Positions 37,430-46,977 of a stretch of 64,000 bases of DNA are shown piece after piece. The translations under genes were made by a program, and so were the position numbers. Under the pieces are notes generated by a model. It was not told the origin of the DNA. It searched no databases and saw only the letters and a program-made list of their open reading frames with translations. The stretch comes from a virus (Duplodnaviria > Caudoviricetes): positions 3,700 through 67,699 of the IMG/VR virus record IMGVR_UViG_3300010157_000061. One strand, given 5' to 3'. How positions within the stretch are numbered: the first letter of the stretch is position 1; every line of letters begins with the position of its first letter.

Positions 37430-39364
37430 ATGGCAGAAAATAATTTATTTAGTAGTCTTAAGAGACTCTTTTCCACTGATGTAATCATTCGTAACATTGG
37501 CGGTAATGAGATCAAGGTAATGGATACAGACCGTATTCAAACCAACGGTGTATTACAGACAAATGCACTCATCGATAGGTTTAATAGGGTGTATACCACT
37601 TCAAACTCTTACGCCTACAACCTAAATACAACACAGAACTACCAAGCTATGCGTATTCAGCTCTATGCCGATTACGAAGCTATGGACACAGATGCTATCA
37701 TTGCATCAGCTCTAGATATCATCTCAGATGAATGTACTCTAAAGAATGAAGCCCAAGAGGTCTTACAGATTAGATCCTCAGATGAAAACGTTCAAAAGAT
37801 ACTATACAATCTATTCTACGATGTACTTAACATAGAATTCAATCTATGGTCGTGGATAAGAAATATGACTAAATTTGGTGATTTCTACCTAAAATTAGAG
37901 ATTGCAGAAAAGGTAGGTGTATATAACGTAATACCTTTCTCAGCCTACACCATAGTAAGAGAAGAGGGTACAGATTTAAGAAACCCTTCTTATGTAAGAT
38001 TCAAGTACGATCCCACCGCAGTATCATCTGGTGCTAGTGGATATGTGGGAGCTTACGCTAACCTATTAGGTCAAACAGACTCAATGTACTTTGAGAACTA
38101 TGAAATGGCACACTTTAGACTATTAGGAGACGTTAACTACTTACCGTATGGTAGATCCTACTTAGAACCAGGTAGAAAGATATTTAAACAAATGGTTTTA
38201 ATGGAGGATGCGATGATGATACATCGTATAGTACGTGCCCCGGATAAGAGAGCTTACTTTGTTAACGTAGGTGCGATACCTCCTAATGAGGTTGAGACTT
38301 ATATGCAGAGAATGATCTCTAAAATGAAGAAGATACCGTATATCGATCCACAAACCGGTCAATATAACCTAAAGTATAACATGCAGAACTTACTAGAAGA
38401 TTACTTTATTCCAGTAAGAGGTAATGATACTGCAACCCGTATCGAGACTGTACCTGGACTGCAGTATAACGGTATCGAAGACGTACAATATTTAAGAGAT
38501 AAGCTATTTGCTGCTCTAAAAATACCTAAAGCATTTATGGGTTATGAGAAAGATCTAACCGGTAAAGCTACTCTAGCAGCAGAAGATATTCGTTTTGCTA
38601 GAACCATCGAACGTATACAACGTATTGTACTATCCGAATTAACTAAGATAGCATTAGTACACCTATACACACAAGGGTATAGAGATGAGACGATGGTAAA
38701 CTTTGAATTAAACCTAACCACACCGTCAATCATCTACGACCAAGAAAGGATTGCATTGATGCAAGAAAAAGTAGATCTAGCAACACAGATGATGGAGAGT
38801 AATCTATTCCCAACTGATTGGATCTATGATAAGATCTTCCAATTAAGCGATGATCAATTAGATGATGTTAAAGCTCAGGTATTAGAAGATAAGAAACGTA
38901 AGTTTAGATACGATCAGATTGAAGCTGAGGGTAATGATCCTCTAGAATCAGGTCAAGCCTTTGGTACACCGCATCAAATCGCTAGCTTATACGGTGGTAA
39001 CGCCAATTATACAGCAGCAGCAGAGGTACCGGTAGGTTATAATGAAAAGAATCCTTTAGAACCAACAAAAGTACCGGGAAGACCTCAAGAAAAGAATTCA
39101 TTCATTGGTACCGCTAACGATCCTCTAGGTAGAGATAGAATGGGTACATACGATCTGAAAGCAAAACCTGCCGGAGGTGAAGATGGAGCTATGAGAGTTA
39201 AATACCAGGGTGGTTCAGCACTATCATTAGAGGGTATACATACTAAGGTAGTTTATAATAATTTGAAGTCAAGCCTTGATCAGATAGGTCTTAACCGAAA
39301 AGTTACTTTATTCGAAGAACCAACTCTTTTAGACGAAGCCAATATAATAGAGGAGATTCAATAA
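37430..39364 (+). CDS. gp20: portal protein (T4 gp20-like)
   Basis: YGRSYLE..RKIFKQ..LMEDAMMIHRIVRAP..F.V.VG.IP, EDYFIPVRG, LFAALKIPK, EDIRFARTIERIQ. Confidence 0.92.
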   Translation: MAENNLFSSLKRLFSTDVIIRNIGGNEIKVMDTDRIQTNGVLQTNALIDRFNRVYTTSNSYAYNLNTTQNYQAMRIQLYADYEAMDTDAIIASALDIISDECTLKNEAQEVLQIRSSDENVQKILYNLFYDVLNIEFNLWSWIRNMTKFGDFYLKLEIAEKVGVYNVIPFSAYTIVREEGTDLRNPSYVRFKYDPTAVSSGASGYVGAYANLLGQTDSMYFENYEMAHFRLLGDVNYLPYGRSYLEPGRKIFKQMVLMEDAMMIHRIVRAPDKRAYFVNVGAIPPNEVETYMQRMISKMKKIPYIDPQTGQYNLKYNMQNLLEDYFIPVRGNDTATRIETVPGLQYNGIEDVQYLRDKLFAALKIPKAFMGYEKDLTGKATLAAEDIRFARTIERIQRIVLSELTKIALVHLYTQGYRDETMVNFELNLTTPSIIYDQERIALMQEKVDLATQMMESNLFPTDWIYDKIFQLSDDQLDDVKAQVLEDKKRKFRYDQIEAEGNDPLESGQAFGTPHQIASLYGGNANYTAAAEVPVGYNEKNPLEPTKVPGRPQEKNSFIGTANDPLGRDRMGTYDLKAKPAGGEDGAMRVKYQGGSALSLEGIHTKVVYNNLKSSLDQIGLNRKVTLFEEPTLLDEANIIEEIQ

Positions 39365-39401
39365 CTATTAACTATTTATTAGTAGTATTATACTAAACTT
39401 T

Positions 39402-40262
39402 ATGAATAATATAAAGAAACATTCAAAATATAAGAACACCGGAATACTGTTTGAACTACTTGTTAGACAGGTAACAGCAGATATGGTGTCTAATCAAGAC
39501 TCAAGAGCGGTTAAGATTATAAAGAAATTCTTTACTAACAGTGAGCTATTGAAGGAATTCAATCTTTATAACGCTCTAACCAAAGCACCAAAACTAACTG
39601 AAACAAAAGCAGAGAGTTTGATTAATACTGTACTAGAAGAGAGTAAGAAATTAGATAAGGACGTATTAAATAGAGAAAAATACAACCTAATCAAAGAGAT
39701 TAAGAAGTACTTCGATGTAGAAAATTTCTTTAAAGCTAAGATAGACAACTATAAGACCTCAGCAGCTATCTATACGTTGTTTGAAGCGGGGAGATCAAAG
39801 GATCTCGTAAGCACTAAACATCTTATCATAAATAAAATTACCCTCTTAGAACACATCTCTCAAGCGTTTAGCACACCGGCAAAAGTTGAGAAGAAAGCAG
39901 TCCAAGAATTCTTAAAAGAGGATAAAGATATTAGAATATTAGCCTACAGATTAATTGTAGAGAAGTATAACGAAACTTACAAAGAATTATCTGACGATCA
40001 AAAAGATATCTTAAAAGAGTATATTGCTAATATCTCAGATACTACACAATTAAAAACCTATTTGAATAAGAAGATAGTGGAGGTTAGACAAAAACTAACT
40101 GCATTACTACCGACTATAAAAGATCAAGTAGTAACAATCAAGTTAAAAGAAGTAATCAATTTAGCTAAACCTATTACAGAGCGTCAATCCATCCAGGATG
40201 AGCATCTAGTATCATTACTTCAATACTTTGAATTATATAAAGAACTAAATCCAGTTAAATAA
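39402..40262 (+). CDS. conserved head-module protein
   Basis: KHSKYKNTGILFELLVRQ; lies between portal and protease. Confidence 0.6.
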   Translation: MNNIKKHSKYKNTGILFELLVRQVTADMVSNQDSRAVKIIKKFFTNSELLKEFNLYNALTKAPKLTETKAESLINTVLEESKKLDKDVLNREKYNLIKEIKKYFDVENFFKAKIDNYKTSAAIYTLFEAGRSKDLVSTKHLIINKITLLEHISQAFSTPAKVEKKAVQEFLKEDKDIRILAYRLIVEKYNETYKELSDDQKDILKEYIANISDTTQLKTYLNKKIVEVRQKLTALLPTIKDQVVTIKLKEVINLAKPITERQSIQDEHLVSLLQYFELYKELNPVK

Positions 40263-40265
40263 CAT

Positions 40266-40808
40266 ATGAGTGAGATAGATAAGATACTAGAGACTCTATA
40301 TAAAGAAACATCTGGAACAGGCGGAGGAGTGACGACTGGTGCTAATACTCAAGGCGGTACTGGAGAACAAACCTTTACACCTGTTAGGGTTAAGAAACCT
40401 AAGAAAGAGGAGAAGGATGTAGAACCTAAATTAGCAGCAGGTAAGGTCAAAGACAATTACGCTGTTTCTCATTTTGGGTACACTCCCGTATCTCATAAAC
40501 CTAACCGTGCTTCAAAGGCAATCGATTATAAGCAGTTATTTGAAGAAGAGCCTATAGTAGAGAACTATGGTAAGTTTAGAACGGAGACTTCTAAAAGGAA
40601 TGCACCCGAGCAGTTACACAAAGCAGTGAAGACAATCAAACAAAAGATCGTAGAACTGGATAGATTATTAGAATATACTCAGAGATTGAGATCAGAAATT
40701 ACAGAGAGTTCAGAAGACTTCAAATATATGAAACACACCGAGAGAGCTTTAGAACAGATCCAGGAAATGATTAAACACACATACATAAAAACGAAAAAAC
40801 TAAAATAA
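40266..40808 (+). CDS. hypothetical head-module protein
   Basis: 180 aa; LYKE/LFEE/IVEN sites. Confidence 0.55.
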   Translation: MSEIDKILETLYKETSGTGGGVTTGANTQGGTGEQTFTPVRVKKPKKEEKDVEPKLAAGKVKDNYAVSHFGYTPVSHKPNRASKAIDYKQLFEEEPIVENYGKFRTETSKRNAPEQLHKAVKTIKQKIVELDRLLEYTQRLRSEITESSEDFKYMKHTERALEQIQEMIKHTYIKTKKLK

Positions 40809-40809
40809 T

Positions 40810-41115
40810 ATGTCAGACAATTTTGACCTAAGGAAGTTTATATCTGAAAACAGAGTAGGCCCTTACATTAGAACCGAAGGTAACGATCTACCACCAGCAC
40901 CATCTGATGAAGAAACAGCCGCCAACCAAGTAACTGAGACTTCTTTAGAAGCTATGGAGAGAATGGATGGATTAGCACCGATCGATTCTGTTAAACGATT
41001 AATCGCAGCAGCAGGAAAGATTATACGTGACCTAAAAGAAGAAGGCTTTGATGAAGAAGATATCTACGAATATATTATCGAGAGAATTAAATTGTTAGAC
41101 GATCAAAATTACTAA
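40810..41115 (+). CDS. acidic hypothetical protein (FDLRKFISE N-terminus)
   Basis: 101 aa ORF in head cluster. Confidence 0.55.
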   Translation: MSDNFDLRKFISENRVGPYIRTEGNDLPPAPSDEETAANQVTETSLEAMERMDGLAPIDSVKRLIAAAGKIIRDLKEEGFDEEDIYEYIIERIKLLDDQNY

Positions 41116-41122
41116 GTAAGAC

Positions 41123-41248
41123 ATGGCAAAAGCATCTACCACCGGGGCAAATAAGGTTTCTTTCGGTAAACGTAAACAAGGTTCTGCTAAAAAATCTTAT
41201 AACAAACACAACCCAAGACCTAAAGCCTATAAAGGGCAAGGGAAATAA
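41123..41248 (+). CDS. small basic protein (41 aa), absent from ORF track
   Basis: MAKASTTGANKVSFGKRKQGSAKKSYNKHNPRPKAYKGQGK*; fills the intergenic gap. Confidence 0.65.
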   Translation: MAKASTTGANKVSFGKRKQGSAKKSYNKHNPRPKAYKGQGK

Positions 41249-41264
41249 CCCTATATTTATTAAT

Positions 41265-43100
41265 ATGAAATCAATAGTACAACAATACCGTGATCTAAAC
41301 GAAGGTAAGATGTCGAAAGCTAACTTTATGACTAACGTTAGACGTCAATTCCCCGATTGGATCTCATCTGTAAATAGTTACCAAGATGCTATAAGCATTT
41401 TAAAGAGTAAGAGAATCCTGAGTGAGGAGTTAGGATCTGGAAGTGAGATGACTGTTAGTTCGGCGATAGAACATATCTTTGACGGTGATTTTGATGGTAA
41501 CCCACTAAAACTAATAAAAGCTAAAGAGTTGGTTAGTACATCAAATCATCCTGATAAAGCAGTTACTCTACATATGATAGAGAAGAAACTAGAAGATGCT
41601 TTAGATGCTGAGATGAAAGGTCAAATGGACCATGATAAAGCACAGTGGGATATGGAGATGAATGAAGATGAAAGTGGAAAGCAAAAAGAATTTGCTGCAC
41701 TAGCACCACCTAGAAATAAGATTACTTATGCCGATAAGATTGCAGGTGCGAAATTGAAGAAAGAAGAAGAAGTATCGATGGAGGGTAAGAAACCATTCTA
41801 CCTAGTATCTGATAGCGGAGAGATTGTAGATAGTACAATGGCTGAAGATGAAACTGAAGCTAGACAGTACTTTGAAAATGAATACGAAGGTATCGGTAGT
41901 AGCATGACAATTATACATACTAATAACCCAGACGAAATTGGAGATGTATATGCTGAAGATAGTTTAAATGAAATTAGAAAAAAGAAACCCTCTACAGGTC
42001 TATCTCAAAAGAAAAAATCAGCTATAGTTAAAAAAGCTAAAGCAGGTGGAGATATAGGTAAGAAAGGTAAAGGCTTTGAAAAAATAGAGAAGACAGCAGA
42101 AAAGAAATATGGTTCAAAAGAGGCTGGAGAAAAAGTTGCTGCAGCTGCGATGTGGAAATCACAAGCTAAAAAAGCTACAGTAAAAGAAGCTAAGGAAGAG
42201 AGTGAAGGCTACTACAAACACGTAACAGGAAAGGACGAATACTCTGTTTTCGATGAAATCGATAGAGTTAATCCTTACGAATTTAAAAGAGGTGTTAATA
42301 TAGAGATGGGAATGCAATACAAACCAATTCCTAAATACTTCACACCTGAATTCAATCCTGAAACACTTGCTAAGGCTACCAAAAAGGTATTAAAGAATCT
42401 TGAAAAAGATCCTGCATACTATACAAATATGATTTCAGCTGAGTTTGAAAAGAAATCAGGCTTACTTCAACATCCAAAAGAACTAAAAGTAGGTCCGGAC
42501 GGAAGAGCTAAAATACCTGGATTTACAGATGCTAAATCTAATACAGAGACTAATCAAAGTAAAAAAGAGAGAGCTAAAGGTGGACCAGAGGGCGTAAAAG
42601 AGATGAAGCCATCAAAGAAATCGATGGGTGGAATAAAAACTATGAAGTCTAATGATAAACTACCTAAAGGTGTTGAATTGATGAAAGAATCTTTAAACGA
42701 AGGTGGTGATTATACATTTAACGGGCACTTTAAAACAGGTGAATTAGCTAAACTAAAACAGCAAATACCGGATGCTGAGATTGATACAGATACAGAAGAA
42801 GGGCAATCAGTTAAAACAACTGTAATGTCTAAGAAGTATAACGAAAAGACGATCCAACAAGCTGTTAATAATGTCTTAGGTATGGGTAAATCAAATGAAT
42901 TCCCTATCAAAGGTCAGATGATGGAAGATAAAAAAGCTAAACAGTTAAAAAAGATCAAAGAGACTGTAGCTAAGAAGATTAAAGAAGATTTATATAAGAA
43001 CACCAAATCAGGTAATGTACAGTCTTTCAATCCAGCAGATCCAGCAGATCAAAAGACAATAAGAGACCCTAAGTTTAACCAAGTATTTAAAAAAGCATAA
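41265..43100 (+). CDS. large modular head-associated protein (putative internal/core protein)
   Basis: 611 aa with alternating acidic and basic blocks separated by [LMIV]xE sites; coupled to the protease gene. Confidence 0.55.
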   Translation: MKSIVQQYRDLNEGKMSKANFMTNVRRQFPDWISSVNSYQDAISILKSKRILSEELGSGSEMTVSSAIEHIFDGDFDGNPLKLIKAKELVSTSNHPDKAVTLHMIEKKLEDALDAEMKGQMDHDKAQWDMEMNEDESGKQKEFAALAPPRNKITYADKIAGAKLKKEEEVSMEGKKPFYLVSDSGEIVDSTMAEDETEARQYFENEYEGIGSSMTIIHTNNPDEIGDVYAEDSLNEIRKKKPSTGLSQKKKSAIVKKAKAGGDIGKKGKGFEKIEKTAEKKYGSKEAGEKVAAAAMWKSQAKKATVKEAKEESEGYYKHVTGKDEYSVFDEIDRVNPYEFKRGVNIEMGMQYKPIPKYFTPEFNPETLAKATKKVLKNLEKDPAYYTNMISAEFEKKSGLLQHPKELKVGPDGRAKIPGFTDAKSNTETNQSKKERAKGGPEGVKEMKPSKKSMGGIKTMKSNDKLPKGVELMKESLNEGGDYTFNGHFKTGELAKLKQQIPDAEIDTDTEEGQSVKTTVMSKKYNEKTIQQAVNNVLGMGKSNEFPIKGQMMEDKKAKQLKKIKETVAKKIKEDLYKNTKSGNVQSFNPADPADQKTIRDPKFNQVFKKA

Positions 43101-43723
43101 TGAGTAAACAAGTCTTAATAGAATACCTAACTTTTCAACCTCAACCCACTCAATTAAATGAAGCAAGGTTTAATCCAAGCAAGAATTTAATTGTATCTGG
43201 AAAGATACAGTCTGAGGGTAAACCTAATGCCAATAAGAGAGTCTATGGACCTTCTTTGAGAAGAGAGGTAGCTAGCTATATATCAGGACCGGTAGCCGAG
43301 AAGAGAGCTTTAGGAGAGTTAGATCACCCTGAAACAGGTATCATCAATCTTAAGAACGTATGTCATAATATGACTAGGTTATGGTGGGAGGGTGATGACT
43401 TATATGGAGAATTTGAAATCCTAGCAACACCATCGGGTAATATCTTAAAAGAATTATTTATGAACAACATCAATGTTGGTGTAAGTTCTAGAGCGATGGG
43501 ATCCGTTACTCCACTAGGAGAAGGCCTGGTACAGGTAGAGGATGACTTAGAATTAATATGTTGGGATTTTGTATCAACACCTTCAACCTATGGAGCATTT
43601 GTTAAACCGGTAGGAGGATTAAACGAAGGATATAACCCGGTATTTGAATCACCGTATAGAAAAGCCAATCAGATAATAGGAGAGTTGATCTGTACTCAAA
43701 CAGGTATCTGCTGTCTAAAATAA
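43100..43723 (+). CDS. gp21: prohead core protease (T4 gp21-like)
   Basis: NANKRVY, ALGELDHP, TPSGNIL, GVSSRAMGS, WDFVSTPSTYGA. Confidence 0.92.
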   Translation: MSKQVLIEYLTFQPQPTQLNEARFNPSKNLIVSGKIQSEGKPNANKRVYGPSLRREVASYISGPVAEKRALGELDHPETGIINLKNVCHNMTRLWWEGDDLYGEFEILATPSGNILKELFMNNINVGVSSRAMGSVTPLGEGLVQVEDDLELICWDFVSTPSTYGAFVKPVGGLNEGYNPVFESPYRKANQIIGELICTQTGICCLK

Positions 43724-43747
43724 AGCAAAACCACAATACAATAAAGG

Positions 43748-43778
43748 AAAGAGTTCGTAAAAAATACGAACTTTTTTT
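43748..43778 (+). terminator. Rho-independent terminator
   Basis: AGTTCGTA-aaaaa-TACGAACT followed by T-run. Confidence 0.75.
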
Positions 43779-43910
43779 GTGTTTACAGTAAAAGTGACAT
43801 ATTTATGATTATATATGCCGTCCCAATACGGTATCAAACGAATTTACAATTCATTATATTGCTTCCCCAACCCCAATAAGCAATCAGAAGTCCAAAAACA
43901 ATTAACAAAA

Positions 43911-45152
43911 ATGGCAAACAAAGATTTATTCGAGCAAGCGATTGCTGACGCCAAGGCATTGAAAGAAATTTCTTTAGCTAACGCAAAACAACAAATCGAA
44001 GAAACATTTGCTCCAAAGATTCAAGAGATGTTCCGCCTTAAACTTTCAGAGATGGAAGATGAAGGGTACGATGACATGCAAGAAGACATGGAGAGAGAAG
44101 AATCTGAGATGGAAGAAGGAATGTCAGGACCTGCTAACGATCCTGATGACGGAGTTCCGAATCAAAATTACAATAAAGGTAAACAAGGTGCACTAGTGAA
44201 TCCAATCGACGAAATGACTTTAGACGAAATCCTAGCTGAGCTAGAATTAGAAGAAGGTATGGAGGATGATTATGAGGATGCAGTAGATAACCTAGACGAC
44301 GGTGATGCTTTAGAAGAAGGTCATTCTTATTCTGACACAGAACCTTTCGGAGACTTACCAGGCACAGAAAAAGGCTGGGTAGGAGGTAAGAAAGATGTTA
44401 AGGGTACAGAGAAAGGAACACCTTACAAAGAAGCTAAGAAAGCTGATGCAGAAGATGCTGAAGAGGTAGATGATGCAGAAGAAGATGCTGAAGAAGCAGA
44501 AGGTGAAGTAGCTGAATTATCGGTTGAAGAGTTTAAAAACCTAGTTCGTGATATCGTAGCAGACGTAATGGGCGGTAAAACACAACCTGAAGAAGGTGGT
44601 GAAGAAGACCTAGAAGGTGGCGAAGATATGACAGTAACAGCTGATGAAGAAGGCGATGAAACTATTTCTTTAGATGAAATCTTAGCAGAGATCGGCCTTA
44701 TGGAAGGCAAAAAGAAAATGGTTGCGAAGAAAGATGACAAGAAAAAAGAAGACAAGAAGAAAGAAGACGAAAAGAAAGAGAAAGAAGATTTAAAAGAGGC
44801 TATTAGAACGATACACGTTTTAAAAGCTCAATTAAACGAACTTAATCTTTTAAACGCTAAATTACTTTACGTTAACAAGTTATATAAAGCAAAAAACCTA
44901 AATGAAGGTCAAAAAGTAAAAGTTTTAGCTGCTTTTGATAGAGCAACAACTATCAACGAAGCAAAAAACATTTACGCAACATTAAAAGATTCTTTACAAG
45001 TTAATGCTCCTGTAGCAAAAGGACAACTTAAAGAGTCTCTAGGCTTTGCATCAAAACCAATTGGTTCAGCTCCAGCTAGACCAATCGTAGAGGCTGATTC
45101 ATATGTTTACCGTATGCAGCAATTAGCTGGTATCAAAAAACCAAATATTTAA
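43911..45152 (+). CDS. prohead scaffold/core protein (gp22-like)
   Basis: very acidic, coiled-coil, between protease and capsid genes; likely start ATG 43911 after an A-rich leader; LNELNLLNAKLLY; C-terminus RMQQLAGIKKPNI. Confidence 0.8.
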   Translation: MANKDLFEQAIADAKALKEISLANAKQQIEETFAPKIQEMFRLKLSEMEDEGYDDMQEDMEREESEMEEGMSGPANDPDDGVPNQNYNKGKQGALVNPIDEMTLDEILAELELEEGMEDDYEDAVDNLDDGDALEEGHSYSDTEPFGDLPGTEKGWVGGKKDVKGTEKGTPYKEAKKADAEDAEEVDDAEEDAEEAEGEVAELSVEEFKNLVRDIVADVMGGKTQPEEGGEEDLEGGEDMTVTADEEGDETISLDEILAEIGLMEGKKKMVAKKDDKKKEDKKKEDEKKEKEDLKEAIRTIHVLKAQLNELNLLNAKLLYVNKLYKAKNLNEGQKVKVLAAFDRATTINEAKNIYATLKDSLQVNAPVAKGQLKESLGFASKPIGSAPARPIVEADSYVYRMQQLAGIKKPNI

Positions 45153-45177
45153 AAAAACAAAAACCCAAATTAAAAAA

Positions 45178-46878
45178 ATGGCAAACACAATTCAATCACT
45201 GTTAGAGTCGGCGAACCCGTACCAATCAGTGCAATCAGATGCCGAAAGACTAAGCAGAAAGTGGGCTAAATCAGGCTTACTTGAAGGTCTAGACGGATAT
45301 CATAGAAAGAACATGTCTATGATGCTTGAAAACCAAGCAAAACAATTAGTAGTTGAATCTTCACTTACAGGTGGCGGTACAACTTCAGGTGCTAACTTTA
45401 CTACAGGTACTGGTGAGCAATGGGCTGGAGTAGCTTTACCGTTAGTTCGTAAGATCTTCGGTCAAATCTCTTCAAAAGAGTTCGTTTCAGTTCAACCAAT
45501 GAACTTACCTGCTGGTCTAGTATTCTACTTAGATTTCCAATATGGAACTAACGGTGTACAACCTTTCCAAACTGGTTCAGCTTCTGGATCTTTATTCGGT
45601 CAGCAATCAATCCAAGGTGATTCTACATTTGGTAACGCTGCTGCACAAGGTTTATACGGTGCTGGTAGATTCGGATACTCAATCAATCAATTCTCTGCTT
45701 CAACTAACATCTCAGGTAGTGGTACTGCAGGTAACTACGTAGCTTCTGCTTCATTCTCTGAAGTTAACTACAGTGCTGCTTATTCTGCATCATTTGCAGC
45801 AGGTGAGATTAAGAAATTAGTTGTTACTAATGCTAGTACTTTACTTTCAAGCTTTGACGCTAATAACGTACGTGCTTTCGTTGTAACTTCAGGTTCAACT
45901 GTAACTACAGCTACTAACATCCAAGAGTTAACAACTACTAACGGTACAACAATTAACTTCTTTGTTACCGCTTCATCAGCAAATATTGCTACTTCAGGTT
46001 CTTACACAATTTACTTTGAAAAAGCAACTGGATTTGCTACACGTGGTGATTTTGAAGATCAACCAGCTTCAGAAAACTTCTCTGTACCAAATGCTCAATC
46101 AGCAACTACAATCTCTATACCAGAGGTTAACGTTCAAATGAGATCAGAAGCTATTGCAGCTAAGACTCGTAAGTTGAAAGCACAATGGACTCCAGAATTT
46201 GCACAAGACTTGAATGCTTACCATTCATTAGATGCGGAAGCTGAATTAACTTCTATGTTATCAGAGTATATCTCTTTAGAGATTGACTTAGAGATCTTAG
46301 ATATGTTAATTGAGAACGTTCCAACTTCTAATACAACTGCTTGGTCAGCTCAGGTTGGTAACCAATTAAACGCTACAGGTACTGCTTTCACAAGTAATAC
46401 AGCAGGTGTTTACTACACACAAATGACTTGGTTCCAAACTTTAGGTATCAAATTACAAAAGATATCTAACTTAATCCACCAAAGAACTTTAAGAGGTGGT
46501 GCTAACTTTATGGTTGTTTCTCCAACTGTAGCTACAATCTTAGAATCTATTCCAGGATTTGCAGCTGATACAGACGGTGCAGCAGATACAATGAAGTATG
46601 CATTCGGTGTACAAAAAGTAGGTCAATTAAATAGCCGTTACAAAGTATATAAGAACCCTTATATGATTGAGAACACTATCTTAATGGGCTTCAGAGGTAA
46701 TCAATTCTTAGAGTGTGGTGCGGTTTATGCCCCTTACATTCCATTAATCATGACTCCATTAGTGTACGATCCGAACACATTTACCCCAAGAAAAGGGATT
46801 ATGACAAGATATGCTAAGAAAATGATCAGACCAGAATACTACGGTAAGGTTTGGGTAGCAGATCTTCAAGTAGTTTAA
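45178..46878 (+). CDS. gp23: major capsid protein (T4 gp23-like)
   Basis: VSVQPMNLPAGLVF, AKTRKLKAQWTPEFAQDLNAYHSLDAEAEL, YAPYIPL, P.KGIMTRYA. Confidence 0.95.
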   Translation: MANTIQSLLESANPYQSVQSDAERLSRKWAKSGLLEGLDGYHRKNMSMMLENQAKQLVVESSLTGGGTTSGANFTTGTGEQWAGVALPLVRKIFGQISSKEFVSVQPMNLPAGLVFYLDFQYGTNGVQPFQTGSASGSLFGQQSIQGDSTFGNAAAQGLYGAGRFGYSINQFSASTNISGSGTAGNYVASASFSEVNYSAAYSASFAAGEIKKLVVTNASTLLSSFDANNVRAFVVTSGSTVTTATNIQELTTTNGTTINFFVTASSANIATSGSYTIYFEKATGFATRGDFEDQPASENFSVPNAQSATTISIPEVNVQMRSEAIAAKTRKLKAQWTPEFAQDLNAYHSLDAEAELTSMLSEYISLEIDLEILDMLIENVPTSNTTAWSAQVGNQLNATGTAFTSNTAGVYYTQMTWFQTLGIKLQKISNLIHQRTLRGGANFMVVSPTVATILESIPGFAADTDGAADTMKYAFGVQKVGQLNSRYKVYKNPYMIENTILMGFRGNQFLECGAVYAPYIPLIMTPLVYDPNTFTPRKGIMTRYAKKMIRPEYYGKVWVADLQVV

Positions 46879-46907
46879 TAATTGAGGAAAGTAAATAAAA
46901 AAATAGA

Positions 46908-46936
46908 AAAGCCAGCAATAAAATGCTGGTTTTTTT
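46908..46936 (+). terminator. Rho-independent terminator after capsid gene
   Basis: CCAGCA-ataaaa-TGCTGG followed by T-run. Confidence 0.75.
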
Positions 46937-46977
46937 ATGTTCTTTACTGTCATGATACTATTTATAATAAAGGAACT

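Noticed and set aside
43815-43910. Track start of the scaffold gene at 43815
   Set aside because: The extension does not resemble the acidic scaffold; ATG 43911 has the A-rich context typical of this genome.
46882-46977. Track start (TTG) of the HNH gene at 46882
   Set aside because: It runs through the capsid terminator and the TATTTATA motif; ATG 46978 is more plausible.
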